DNA of 62,450 nucleotides, counting the filler, from Dimargaris cristalligena (lineage: Eukaryota), in the NCBI GenBank assembly GCA_003614675.1. It is 3 parts of 3 records of this genome, joined end to end, with 100 filler letters (N's around TTAATTAATTAA, not from the genome) between each part and the next. Parts side by side here need not be neighbours in the genome. Positions count along the whole stretch, not along the records: positions 1 to 20,861 come from ML002686.1; positions 20,962 to 41,711 come from ML002688.1; 1 more part is not named here. One strand, 5' to 3'. The notes below the pieces were generated by a model. The model was not told the origin of the DNA and did not search any database. It saw only the letters and a list, made by a program, of their open reading frames with translations. Position numbers and translations under genes: made by a program. Positions 10,132 to 22,902 of this stretch are shown here, piece by piece. Every line of letters begins with the position of its first letter. Position 1 is the stretch's first letter.

Positions 10132-12638
10132 GCCATAATTAACTCCCCCAGGCTTCACCCGACTAGCATAGTGGTGACTATAGGCAACCGTAACAATCAG
10201 AGATCACCCCTCCAATGCGGAGTCCGACCCTTCTCGGTTTATCCTTCGGGCTATTTAAAGTTCTCACAAATACCTTTTAAATAGGACTTTCTCAAAACTA
10301 CCATTGAAAAACTCGATATTACAAAACAAAAATACGAGCTACATTTTTTTTAACAGTTTTTAAATTACATTCTTCTATATTGCCCTTTATGTTTTGGTTC
10401 CTTATAAAATAAACGATCACCTGTTTGTGAGTCCATTTTTGGGTTTCACTGGATAGGTCGCATGTGACTACCCTTAACTGCAAGAATACCACCCGAGGAG
10501 TATTAGGATATGGGGGGAATCCAAGCATTATCGGTGCTTACTAACCACACTTCATTTATATGTCTGATATAAGACTCACCAGGACTGGTTTGCTCGCATT
10601 TGTGGATAAATCTACTTTATAATTGAGCTCACTGATCCAATCATTGGGTGGTCATATTCGTTAGACTTCATTCGAATAGCCGTCTGGGTATGGTGTATGG
10701 AGACTCTTAGAGTGGGCCGGCTCGACGGTTGGTGGGTGAGGCTAGGCTGGGGAAGTGGGGTATCGGAACAGGCAGCCCTATTCGTGTGTAGCAATGTGTA
10801 AAGTGCACTGTGGCCCGACAATAGTTTACAGCTACTAACCGATTCACACTGGGAGGGCATAGTCCAAGGTACAAGCTAACTCAGTTACAGAATACTCTCG
10901 ATTACCTTTTACATAATTTTACAGTTGCTTCCTAGCGAGCATATGACTGACCAGCAAAAGTGACTCATTTCCTTTTTGGAGAGTACCTGGTAAATTTGAT
11001 GGCAGTCAAGATTAAACTCCAAGGCGATATTCAAAATAATACTGGCGACATCACCCACTCTTTCCCAAATCAATATATCCCCCACTTCGAAATTGGAGTT
11101 TCTATGGTTGGGTCAGGAGGCATCGGTGGGCTCATGGATAAGATGGAAGTATATATTTAATGATATTTGTTTTTCCCGGGATGTATGAGTGGATGACTAC
11201 GAGCCCTGGTCCATTTGCTAAAAAATATTCCAAATGTACGGCTTATTATTAAAAACACAGAGTGTATTGGAAGAAACCAGCTACTTTTGGAATATGTAGC
11301 TCCCTGTAAATTGTAGCATGGGGTTGCCAATTGTCTATGGTAATTTAAAAAACACAGTGGACTGTATTAAATGTAATTTTATTATATCCACCGACCTCTC
11401 ACGAAAACCCGGCTTTACAAGCTCTCTGAGCACCTCAGCTCATTATTAACTATAATAAGAAATCGTCCCAATATATCCCGAAAATGATCCCCAACAGCAA
11501 TGTTTCAAATAAATTAGGACAATCTGCCCAGTAGCAATTGGGTCCAATAACTATACTTGACTTTTAAGGAACTGCCTTAAAATATATTTGTTCGTATGGA
11601 GACTCGGCATTCAATGGCTGAACTACCGTCGCTTTGATTGACGCCAATTTTCTACTGAACCTACCCAGCGTATCACCCACCTTTCCCAAACCTCTGTAGA
11701 TGGAATAATACACCGTGTAGGGTAGATGCTCTTGAGTTAAATTTTAGCAAAGTGTTATCTGACTAATTTGATTCACCGACCATTATTGGGACAGTGCCCT
11801 AAGGTAGGTTTGGTAGACCGGAGCAACTTTTGCGAATAGTCTTGGGCACAGGGTATATCATCATGGTTGATTTCGTATGGCCCAAAGAACGCCAATGGGG
11901 GCAACGTATATTATTTTTGTAGCTAATCTAATGACAAAACCATCTAGTCTCACCTTAACCGTCGATGGCTAGGTAGGCCTCCTAGCAGTCCTACTCTAAA
12001 TATACACCCTCTAACTAGGTGATTCCTGACCATCGACGAACTCATGGCAGCCCCACTTCTGAAACTTTGAACCATATCACCTACCGACAATCAAAACATT
12101 AAATATATATTTTTGCTTATATGGGAATGCTCCAGAAGCACCAGCTGAAAGGGCCTATAATAATTATTTTTCGGGTTCCGCCTTTCCCCCTGCCTACTCA
12201 GTCTGTGCTTACGATTCAAGAGTCCTGAGTTAAAATAGAGTAACCGTATTTCATTTGGCTAGTAATAATTGCTGCCGCTACACTTATTGAGAGCCGCCCT
12301 AAACGTAGAGTGAGTTTAATCTTGACCAGTTGTCACTTGTTTAAACGTCTGACCTACTGCGTGTCCACATAGAATGCGGCTGAGTTTCCTTTGATGTATT
12401 TCCCCAAACAGAGTTTACATGGGTATCACCAGGTGCATCGGACTATGCCTACTATCTTGGAAGTAGGGCGGCCTTGTATCAGTGGTGGGCTGGCAAACTC
12501 CGATTATTCAACGGACCATCTCATAATCCCACATTGGCCTGGGAAGTGACCGTGGCATCTGATTGGCAACCCGGTGGGCCTATTGCTAACTGAAAGGGAT
12601 GGGCTTGCACTGGTCCGTGGACGGGGTTATCGATTTGA

Positions 12639-12780
12639 TATGGGAGAAGTTCATCCAAGCTGTATAACGAAAAATCCATTAGATGGGGCCAACATTACTG
12701 GTTAAAATGGCTACTCCCACATACTCTCCCATACACAAATCATGTAAAACTTTATACAGCTGGCTTGAATTTCACCCATA
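12639..12780 (-). mobile_element. 142-bp MITE-like element, copy B (inverted)
   Basis: TATGGGAGAAGTTCATCCAAGCTGTATAACGAAAAATCCATTAGAT ... TATACAGCTGGCTTGAATTTCACCCATA is the reverse complement of copies A and C. Confidence 0.85.
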
Positions 12781-14077
12781 TAGAACAGCGAGTAGAGGGG
12801 GATCCTCTACCTTTTGCTCGCCTAATGGCCACAATACTTAATGGGACCAAGGTCGCTGCGAAAAACAGCTAGGCGCGGGGGAGGGGTAGGCAGAAATATT
12901 GCAATGGCTTGAAACATGCGTGTTGGTGTTCTCTTTTTTTAGCACCGGGGGTAGCTATCGTATTGCAGACCCATGGGTCACACACAGTAGCTTGAACCCT
13001 GCCCATAGACCTCCCCCTTCTCATTATATTTTGTTAGGAGGCAGCCTGTATATTTAACCCTGATTTATTTTTCTGTGGCCTGGTTGCCCTGCCTGAATAT
13101 GCTCAATATGAATTACCTATTACAACATTTCAGCCCTTTAGCATTTCACCTAGCCACGCGGGTCATCCTCATCGGGACAGTGGTTGCAGTGATATGTGGG
13201 TATTTTTCGGACGCTGCTCACTGCACTAGCTGGGAATCTACAGTGGTGGAGAAGTAGATTTATTGCTTAAAAAAGCAGAGGCAGATTATCCTAGAAAGTC
13301 TCTTTTCCTCATCTCGAAAGGATGGCTAATGCGACATAGGGTGGTTCTGTATATAACCATATTAGTGCCCTGGTGTCTCGCTTTGGAAGGTGAGTGGGGT
13401 GATCGTGAAGCAACGACTGGTGCTTGGTCCCTTTTCCATTCGCTTATAGTTTCTCCACTTTTCTGGTTTGGGGGTGGACTGGTGCCGAATAGCTTAGACC
13501 CAAATGGGGGCGAAGGACCATTTATATTACTTGAAACCACACCCCGGCCGATCGTCGGGCTGTTGATGATCGCCGTCCCCACTAGGTATTTTGTCTGGTC
13601 TCACCCTACAGTGGCTTTATCATATGGGGTCTATTGTGCACTAAATTGAGGTATTCTCTATCCACCATGGCTGATCGATTCACCTGCTCAGATAGCTAAT
13701 CGTCTCTGGCCCCACCACCTCGCTTTTTTTGCGGGATTGGTTGTGATGTTCGTTAACCCTCTTAGCCATTCAATATATACCCGACCGTCGCCATTACCTT
13801 TGGACATGGTTGTCCAACTCCTGTTCTAATCAAATATCCTAGTATTCCAGCGGGGGTGCTCTTTAACTTTGTGTTTGTAAATATTTGCCATTCAATTATC
13901 CCTGCCCCTCCCCTAATCACCGGTTCTAGTCCGCCATTGCCCTTTCGTCATCGAGACCGTAGTGCAACTTACTTTACGTAACCGTCACAAGCGTCGTTCA
14001 AAGGGGGGCTTGTCGTTACACACCACCCCTCACCCTTTACCGTTTAATATCCAACCCGTCATTAAGTATTTACCACC

Positions 14078-15610
14078 ATGTCCGAGTTCGTGCAAATTTT
14101 CGCCCGGAATAACACGGCGTCGCCGGATATGGTGATTTATACCATGAGCCGTGATTGGTACGCCTGGCGCAACGCCAAGCTGATCATTTTACCCATGGCC
14201 ACCGCCATGTTCCTAAGCAATTTCATTAATACCATTTGGCTGATTCGCAAAACCTTTAAGCTGTACCGCCTACAGCAGACCGAAAAAACCGCCCGGCGGC
14301 TCAGCGCGGCGATTGTGCCGGCCAGTGCCACGGCCAGTTCGGCCATGACCGCGACCAACCTGGATAACCAATCCATCAACACCACCAATATCCTCGCGTC
14401 GTCCCGGTACCCCTCGGGCTACAGCTCGGCCTACCAGTCGGCGGGTCCCGTATCCCAACCCTCGCGTGGGTCCCAGCAATTTACCACCACCAACACCTCC
14501 ACCCTGGCCAGCCAGTTCAATGAGGTGGTGCCGTTCCCGCCCACCAAGGCCACTTCCGCCATACACTGGGTATTCTTGGCGCAGTCCGCTTTCAGCTTTG
14601 TGGCGATTCTCCTGCAGCTGGTCAACTACTACGCTGTGGACAAGGCATGTGAAGGTTCGGGTACTCTGGCCACGGCGGCTTACTTTGTGGCCACATCAAT
14701 TCTGGCCTTGTGCACGGGTATCATTATTGCTTCCGGTGAACAGTCGCGCATCGGGTCCTTGGTGAACTACGGGCTCATCCCCGTGGCCATTGGCCTCCGC
14801 GTCTTCGCCCTGCTCAACTCCCTCAGCCACCGTTACACCACTTGGGAACCGCTCTGCGAGTTTGACGTACACCAAACCGGGGTGATGACCGCGGCCCTGG
14901 TGGACCTGGTCATTTGGCTGGCCCAAACCGCCATGGTGATGGAAAGTGCGCTCTTCTTCCGTAACCTGCACACCACCCCACTGAGGCGTATCTTCCGCAC
15001 CGGAAACGCCGGTTGTTTGCTGGCCGCGTGCGTTGCGGGGGTATTGGTGTCGTTGATTACGCTTATCCAGGGGGGTGCTGGGACCTACTCCATTTTCCCG
15101 TGCTGGTTCATTGTTTGGGCGGTGTCCTCCAAACTTATCCTGGAAAGCTTCGCCGAGGGTCTGAAGTCGTGCTTGCAAATCTACTCGGCCGGTATTTCGC
15201 AGGGGGTCTCCGACCTCGGCAGCTCCCAGAATGGCGGGGGTGGAGGTACCTCCAACAAGTACGGCGCCGGTAGCCGGGGCTTCACCACCACGGACGGATC
15301 CGCCTTGGTTACCACTGACGAAGGGAGCCATGTGAAGACTGATAGCCGCCTTTCCCGGCTGAGTAGCTCTCTGCGACAGCCCGAAGAGGCCATGGGGAAG
15401 AACGTGTACAGTGATGAGGAGCTCAACGGCGGTATCCCCATGGACCGGCTGCCTATCTACAAGCCAAGCCAGGCCTATGAACAGAACGTCGGCCACTTTG
15501 GCGACATTGTTAATAAGGATGAAAAGACCCGCTCTCCTTACGATATTGAAATGGGTACTGAAATGGATCTGCCCGGGGTCAATGAGAAACGCCGTTTATC
15601 GTTTTCGTGA
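14078..15610 (+). CDS. Seven-transmembrane (GPCR-like) membrane protein, 510 aa, intronless
   Basis: Long ORF with a good start context (ACCATG) and seven hydrophobic segments. N-terminal NNT sequon, Cys just before TM3 (DKACEG) and in the TM4-5 loop (PLCEF), and a long S/G-rich C-tail. Confidence 0.75.
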   Translation: MSEFVQIFARNNTASPDMVIYTMSRDWYAWRNAKLIILPMATAMFLSNFINTIWLIRKTFKLYRLQQTEKTARRLSAAIVPASATASSAMTATNLDNQSINTTNILASSRYPSGYSSAYQSAGPVSQPSRGSQQFTTTNTSTLASQFNEVVPFPPTKATSAIHWVFLAQSAFSFVAILLQLVNYYAVDKACEGSGTLATAAYFVATSILALCTGIIIASGEQSRIGSLVNYGLIPVAIGLRVFALLNSLSHRYTTWEPLCEFDVHQTGVMTAALVDLVIWLAQTAMVMESALFFRNLHTTPLRRIFRTGNAGCLLAACVAGVLVSLITLIQGGAGTYSIFPCWFIVWAVSSKLILESFAEGLKSCLQIYSAGISQGVSDLGSSQNGGGGGTSNKYGAGSRGFTTTDGSALVTTDEGSHVKTDSRLSRLSSSLRQPEEAMGKNVYSDEELNGGIPMDRLPIYKPSQAYEQNVGHFGDIVNKDEKTRSPYDIEMGTEMDLPGVNEKRRLSFS

Positions 15611-18068
15611 TTTTCCTCTGATTTTCATTTCTTTTTTAAAAGAATGAAAATAATTAAGATAAAGGTTCGGGACATAACTATTTAATTCTATTTAGGATAT
15701 CTTGCAACCTCTGTTATTTTCTCCCCCAGCAATGGTTAATTTGTCCACATCGCCTTCATCTGCTATTCCTTGAGTATTCCCGGGCCTGGCTGTAATTTCC
15801 ACTTGTATTTCCAATCCGAAAGTAGTGTTTGACAATAAAAACTACCTAACCACCGAGTATGTTCCCGTTTGCGGGAGAGTAGTTCAATGAAGAATGACAG
15901 CTAGCCGCTAAGTGGAGGGAGGGAATGCCCTACCCGCTCCACTAGTACGTATTCAGTGGCTATAGCGCAGTCAGTAAATTGGCTATACTGAGTTCCCCCG
16001 TTATATTTATGCAGGATAACTTTAGTTGGCCGTTTGGGTGGCCTGCGATATCGATCAAGTTGACCAGGGCTGTGGGTGCTGGATCAGGATTTCATGTTAA
16101 AATGGGGTAGCAAGTTTGTTCGCCACCACTTTGGTCTAATTTCTATGTGATCAACCAAGAGACCGGGTTGAATCAGTATGACCTAACCACTATAGTATAT
16201 AACTCACACTAGGGTAGTATATAGCAATGGAGCGATCATGACGTGAGTTCCGGCAGGGGGGAGTAATGGCAAAGTGGAGCCGGCTAATTTAAACAGCTCA
16301 TTTTAATAATGGCCGACTGGAGCGTATGGTGTCCCGCTATTATATTGCAGTGTAGTGTCCAACGCGAAATGAAAGGGGGAAAACTGCCAACGCAGAGCTT
16401 CCTATAGGGACAGCCGCCGAAGTAACTCGCTTGAATCATGGGGCGCAGAGTACGGGGCACCGCTAGCTAGCCCTATCCCCGAAGCTCAACAATAGGCGAT
16501 TGTTGGTGCTAACCACCAATAGTATATAGGAGAAGGAGGTGGATCGCTAATAAAATGCGGTCGAGTAATAATAGTACGCCAATCGGCATCCCATTCTTTC
16601 TCTGCATCCGCTCACTATTGGGTTGAAGTGGTGAATGGGTTGAGTTAGTATCGGTGCACTGCAATTCACTTGACGAAACAACCTGTCCCACTTTGAACCT
16701 GGTCCATACTATGGTTTGAATTAGGGGGTTGTCTGGGTACGAGTATTCCAATCGACACCGATTCAGCCTAGCCTAATACATCCTTTCCAGGGGCACAGCA
16801 CGGGGGAGGGGAATGTCAACACTTCGTCGAACTTAACGACGGCTGCATTGCGGTGTAGGTTGACCCCGTTCAATTACCACCGCCCTGCCTCAGGAATGAT
16901 TAAAGTTCACTTTTGGAGGAACCGGCCTGAAGGTTGCAGGGGCGTATTGTGGCATCGGGAGACCAGGAAAAGGCACCTGCAGCCCTAAAGAGGGTTGGTC
17001 CCTCTCTTTCTTGCCACGGTATAGAATGAACGCCTCAGGAGGAAAGGCGTATTTTGTTGACGGGTTGTTGTTGTTGGTTCGTTGCACATGGAGAACCCCC
17101 CATGTCGATGGACCATACCGATGGAGACCCCCCACTGATTTCTCGCTACCCTCCCCTGCATGTCAGAGCGCTTCTGGGATTCACCCCTTCACACAGTGGC
17201 TCCAATTCAGCGAAGTGATTGACTGCATTAGCCCCTTATTCCCAAAGTGGTAAGCCAGATTGGTGAGTTATGGGGGTGGTCGTCCAAGCCGCGCTGGAAC
17301 ATGCGGCCGAGGCTTCAGGCTACATGGGCTGGTAGTTGGGATGCCCTGCAAAGCCCAGTGTGACGGTGCCACAGAGCCAAATAGGTCGTACATTCGGTCC
17401 GCCTTGGCTACCATAAGATACACCCTTAGCCATGGTTGGGGAGGGTGGCCCTCTTAGAAGGTGGTCGGGAATTCAGCTACAGCCCACCACGCTGGTATCC
17501 ATTGGCTACTATGAATTGGGGGAGAATCTTATACCCGAGAGAGAGAGAGCGAGAGGACACCCCGTTGGGCGCGGGGTCTCCCTTTGGGGACGGCTAGCGG
17601 GAGAAGGGCACGACAAGACCGCCAAGCGGCGACGGCGGGGTTTAAACACGGCATGCCCCCTGAGTGGGCTGGGCCCGCGACCAGCCGCTGGCGATTGGCT
17701 GGGGCACTAGGGCCCCCGTTTTTCTTCGTTAAGATGGACCAGGTGTGTGCCTGTATGCTGTATGCGTCCACATTGGTTAAAAATCGCCAATCGCCCTAAT
17801 TTTCATGAACTCTCCTAGCCTGGTCACACTGCCTTTTTTCCGCGCTAGTCTGGTCTTCCCGCTATTCGGTTGTTTATAATATTGCCTCTTCCCCCCTCCG
17901 ACTTGTTGACGCTCCTTGCTTTCTTCCGACCTTACTTCGCTTTTGCTCTCCGCCTTTTACGCTAATCGCTTTCCTTATTCTCGCATTGTCCCGACCCTCG
18001 ACACCTTTGGCTGGCTCATCTGTGTTATCCTTCCCTCCCACTCGCTTCGTATACTACCCCTGTCCATT

Positions 18069-19448
18069 ATGCATATCTCCTCCGCTCTCGTGCTTGGCCT
18101 CGTTGGTCTGGCCCTGACCTCTGCCGGTAAGTCGTCCCTCCCTCCGTTTAACCCTCGTCGTTTAAGCGGGTAGGCTATGGTTGGAAGGTACTTTGGTGGG
18201 TCCTGTTTACATTTATATATATATTTAATAAAAAGTCTCCCCCGACCCGCACTTTTCACTAAACAATGTGGTATTTTTTATTACTTCCCTATTCTCACGC
18301 TCCGCTCCCTCCCTGCTCCTCCAGCTGACAACTGCTCTAAGGATGCCTCCATTAACAGCCAGGACAAGCTCAACCAAATCGCCGGGTGCAAAGACTTCTC
18401 CGGCAGCATCACCATCGACGGTGCCTCGGTCGGCACCATCAACCTGGGGAACATGGAGTCCATCAGCGGTGACCTGACTATCCAGAACATCGGCTCTTTA
18501 ACTAGCATCGATTTGCCCAAGCTCGAAAGCGTGGGTAAGCTCACCATCAGCAACAACACCGCCCTGAGTGCCCTGAACCTCAACGACCTGGAGAAAATTA
18601 ACAGCTTTGTCGTTAGCGGCAACCCTAGTCTGTCCGCCCTGGCCGTGCCCAAGGGTTTCGATAGCATGGATACTTTCCGGTTGCTTGACAGTAGCCTCAA
18701 GCAGCTGCCTCTCTTCAACTTCACTACCGTCACCAACTTTGAGCTGTACGGCAACCGGAACCTGAACAACATTACCCTGGCTAACCTGGGTCAGGTTAAG
18801 GGTTTCCTGTCCGTCGTCAACAACAGCCCCAGCGCCGTCCTCAACTTGCCCCAGCTCACCAACGTTGCTCAGAACTGTACCTTCGCCAATCTGAAGGAGC
18901 TCAATGCCGAGTCGCTCAAGAAGGTCCAGAGCAACCTGAATGTCCAGGACAACTACTTCTCCGACTTTAGCCTGGACAAGCTCACCGACGTCTCGTCCTC
19001 CGTTTCCGTCATTAACAACGCCGACCTTGAGTCGTTCACCTTCAAGAATCTGGCCGCTATCGGTGGCAACCTTCTGGTCGTCAACAACACCAAGATTGGT
19101 GCTCTCGACGGGTTCCCAGCCCTGGAGACCGTCGAGGGTACCATTGACGTTCGCGGCAGTTTCAAGAACGTTACCTTCGATAGCCTCGACAAGGTCAAGG
19201 GCAGCTTCACTATCAAGAGTACCGAGGCCATCAGCTGTGATAAGCTCAAGTCGGCCTACGGTCCCGACAAGGCTACCGACGGCCCCTGGAACTGTAAGGA
19301 AAAGACCCAAGTCAGTGAGGTTACCGACGCCTCCAACTCTGATAGCTCCGACTCAAGCGATGCGTCCGCTATCATTGGAGGTGCCCAGGCCATACTCACC
19401 GTCTCTGGCCTGTCGCTTGTGGCCCTTCTCTCCCAGTACTCTGTCTAA
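18069..19448 (+). CDS. ECM33: ECM33/SPS2/Pst1-family GPI-anchored cell-wall protein (receptor L-domain repeats)
   Basis: join(18069..18126,18325..19448). Signal peptide MHISSALVLGLVGLALTSA; repeated L..I.G.L.I.NN..L motifs; LETVEGTIDVRGSF.NV.FD.L.KVKG; Ser-rich omega region and hydrophobic C-terminal GPI signal. Confidence 0.85.
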
Positions 19449-20277
19449 AAACTTTCTTCTACTCCCCCAACCCGTTTTTTTGCAGCTTATTATTCATCCC
19501 ACCCAACTCGTTTGGCAAACCACGGCCGTGCCTCTATATGCAATTTTTGGCCCGCCATGCTATAATATCCTTGGTTGGTTCGGCCCTTTAATACCTCATG
19601 ACCTCTGGTCTTTGTAACTCCCCACCGCCCCTGTTGACCACTGTTTTAGCATTTCTGTACGACAATCAAGGGCCTTAAGCTAATTCCCTAGTTTGATAGT
19701 GGTGTAGTCATGTCCCTATCGCCTGAAACTCTGTGCTCCTCACTCCATTCTCCCGCCTCTTTCCTCTGATGATTGCACAGATCATCTTTCGTTCCATCTT
19801 ATTTATGCCTTTTTTTTTAAAAAAAAACCACCCTTTACCTGTTCCTTTTATAATGATACCCGTCAATAACTTAACATCGCTAGCATCAATAAATCGTTTT
19901 ATCTGTTTATAAATTTTATATTATTGGGTATTTCTGGCCTAGTGACCAGGGTAGCCAAACCTTAACCCAAGGCCCAGGATTTCTACCGACCTTCGCACTG
20001 ACCTACTTTTACAAGTTGAGGCTTAAGTTTAATAATAATATTGGCTTTATATAGTGCCCTTAACCATATTACCCTTATTCTTATCCCTACTCGTGACCTC
20101 TACCTCAAATATAATTATGGGTTTTTATAAGCACTATTTATTGGTACTAGGTATTAATTTTTAAAAAATGTCAGTGTTCTTCTCACCCGAAAATAATTAA
20201 ATCTTATAATACTACTTTATATGGGGTGTGTGTGTGCTATACCAGCGGCTTATACGTCCATACACCTCCTACCCTAA

Positions 20278-20861
20278 TTAGGAATCGTAGGCCAAATTAG
20301 ACCGCAGCCACTTCTCAATCTCCTCTACGGCCATGTTCTTGCGCTGGGCGTAGTCGGTAATTTGGTCCTTATCGATCTTACCCACAGCGAAATACTTGGA
20401 TTGGGGATGGGCGAAGTACAGGCCACTGACACTCGCGGCGGGGGTCATGGCCAACGACTCGGTCAGTTCAATCCCCGTTTGCTGGGCGATATCCCCCAAT
20501 TCCCACATGGTGGTCTTTTCGGTATGGTCGGGCTGACTGGGGTAACCGGGGGCCGGGCGGATACCGTCGTATTTAATGGCCAACAGGTCGCCGGTGGTGA
20601 GCTGTTCAGTTTCCGCGGAGTAGCCCCAGTAGGTACGCCGGACCTGTTCGTGCATGTATTCGGCGAAGGCCTCGGCCAGGCGATCGGCCAGCGCCTTGAC
20701 CATGATGGAGTTGTAGTCGTCGTGTTCAGCAAGGAACCGTTCACACATGGCGTCGACCCCGAAACCGGCGCTGACGGCGAACATCCCCAGATAGTCGGCC
20801 TTTTGGGTGTTGGCGGGCGCGATGAAGTCAGACAGGCACAAGTAGGCCTCCGTGGATTCCT
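20278..20861 (-). CDS. metH: Cobalamin-dependent methionine synthase, C-terminal SAM-binding reactivation domain (5' part lost at the contig end)
   Basis: [85 protein letters not shown] are MetH/MTR activation-domain motifs. Confidence 0.95.
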
Positions 20862-20961
20862 NNNNNNNNNNNNNNNNNNNNNNNNNNNNNNNNNNNNNNN
20901 NNNNNTTAATTAATTAANNNNNNNNNNNNNNNNNNNNNNNNNNNNNNNNNNNNNNNNNNNN
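20862..20961. other. Artificial contig spacer (N44-TTAATTAATTAA-N44)
   Basis: Exactly 100 nt with a stop-codon linker; an identical spacer lies at 41712-41811; the MetH gene is cut at it. Confidence 0.97.
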
Positions 20962-21562
20962 ATATAACTATGATATAGAAGGTGATAAATAGATATAGCT
21001 ATGATATGACATTGCAATTGATAAACTAAGCTAAATATAGTAAACCGGTAGTAATTTGAATAATGGACGTTAGGTACATCATCAGTGATATCACCAAAGC
21101 TTAACGGTGTTCAGTACCTGTCACAACAAAAATGTTGTGGTGTGGTAGAGCGACTAATATAATAATAGGCGAGAATGCCTTATTGTCAAAAGATATAGTA
21201 AAATCGGACTCAAGATAACTGTAGGCAAAACTTCCGGTACAGTTCAGAAGAATGAAAAAAGAGATGTTTTATTAAGAGTTGCGATTCTTGGAGGTATTTA
21301 TACTTAGGAGGTGGTTGAAGTTCAACCTACGTAGTATTACTGCTTGAATTGATAAATAATGATGAGTTTACGAATATATCTGGCTAATGATGATATCAAA
21401 TATAAATGTGAGTGGTATTTGATGTATTTCTCACTTGCTATGATATTGCAAGGCTATAAAATAATAAATCAGGACTTCGTTGATAAAAAGGTATATGTGA
21501 TTAATCAGGGAATACTATGGTTAACTAAGTGGTCTCTGGTCCTACCACAACAAAAATGTGTA

Positions 21563-21633
21563 GCGCAGATGGTTTAGTGGTATAATTACCGCCTGCCACG
21601 CGGTAGACCCGGGTTCGATTCCCGGTCTGCGCA
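21563..21633 (+). tRNA. tRNA-Gly (GCC)
   Basis: Acceptor stem GCGCAGA/TCTGCGC plus A discriminator; D-arm TGGTTTAGTGG; anticodon stem ACCGC-CT GCC AC-GCGGT; T-loop GGTTCGATTCC; downstream TTTTT Pol III terminator. Confidence 0.96.
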
Positions 21634-22316
21634 TCCATTTTTTGCTTTCGTTGCGATTCAGCTACAAGGTATCTGTTGATAACGCATTCCGTTTTTGATC
21701 TGATGTTGTTCACGAGCAAACAAATTCAAACCCCCGATTGTTTTACATGAATAGCCAAATGAAAAGCTGGCGGTACCCACCGCTATGTCAACATTACTAA
21801 ATGGATAGCTATGTTGTCAAGATCCGGAAGGCTTCATAGCGGGCTTACTAGTTTGAAAAGAACCAGTCCTCATTTAGAGTTCGGACCTAACAGCCATGCG
21901 ATAGAGGATTGGAGGTGGGAAGGCATCTTTGCCAGTAAGGTGGGTCGCTGGCGGACAGAACATTTTAAGTCAGCAAGTAAAATAAGTAGAGATTTCAACC
22001 TTTATTTATAAATAAGAACGGCGTATAGGTTTCTAAATTCGAATTAGTCATACACCCAGACCTAAAAAAATAGGGGTTATTTAGCTTTTCGCTAGGCCTA
22101 ACGTCTGACCTTCAAATGGATGAACAAATTATGGGATTAGTCATAAGAAACAAACATAGCTAATATTTAACATTTCCCGCCCACTTTGTTTTTTAACGCC
22201 GAACAATGTGATTCATGCAACGAATTACGCACATCTTAAATCTCGTCTATTAAATAACAAAAATTGTGACATCACCAATCATTGCATTTCAATTGTCAGT
22301 TTTTTTAAATAATGAA

Positions 22317-22458
22317 TATGGGTGAAATTCAGCCCAGCTATATAAGGGTTTGCAATATATGTGTATGGGAGAATATATGGGAATCTTATTTTTAACTAGT
22401 AATATTGGCCGAATCTAATGGATTTTTCGTTATACAGCTTGGATGAACTTCTCCCATA
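22317..22458 (+). mobile_element. 142-bp MITE-like element, copy C
   Basis: TATGGGTGAAATTCAGCCCAGCTATATAA ... ATGGATTTTTCGTTATACAGCTTGGATGAACTTCTCCCATA; lies on a different contig from copies A and B. Confidence 0.85.
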
Positions 22459-22902
22459 TTGTATTCTCGTTATAGATAATGGAAAGGAACTATCTTATCA
22501 CAGACCCTAGCATCCCATGCATTGGCAAATCATTGAAGTAATAATTGATTGTAATGAATGTTTTTTATTATAGACAACCGAGTAATGTACACGAGCTGGA
22601 TAAGAAAAGAAGGCATACGCAAGCAGCTAGGACCGGTTGAATCTGAGCAAGGATCAAAGTAAATCACAAGGGTTTGTCTAAAATCAATGCCCAAAAACCA
22701 CACACACCTTCATGTCGAATAGTACAGCGGGTACACACCAACGAAAATTGCCTGTCAATTAGTGAGTTGAGCACAACTGAGATCCTACACCACCAAGTAT
22801 CAGCTAAGAATTATTCCTGGTCGACACTCCGACCCCATCATGAATCGATTGGGGAGATCAAAGAAAGGGAAGCTTAAATGGTGAGAGAACAACGATTGGA
22901 GT

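Noticed and set aside
13263..13649. 128-aa hydrophobic ORF and its antisense partner
   Set aside because: Non-ATG start, no codon bias or recognisable motif; lies in the upstream region of the 7TM gene.
18177..18324. N-terminal extension of the 423-aa ORF
   Set aside because: Intronic read-through; the real signal-peptide exon is 18069-18126.
20906..20917. TTAATTAATTAA palindrome inside N runs (also 41756-41767)
   Set aside because: Synthetic stop linker, not biological.
21358..21400. Two ATGATGA box-C-like motifs upstream of the tRNA
   Set aside because: No suitably placed CTGA box D or terminal stem; AT-rich context makes chance likely.
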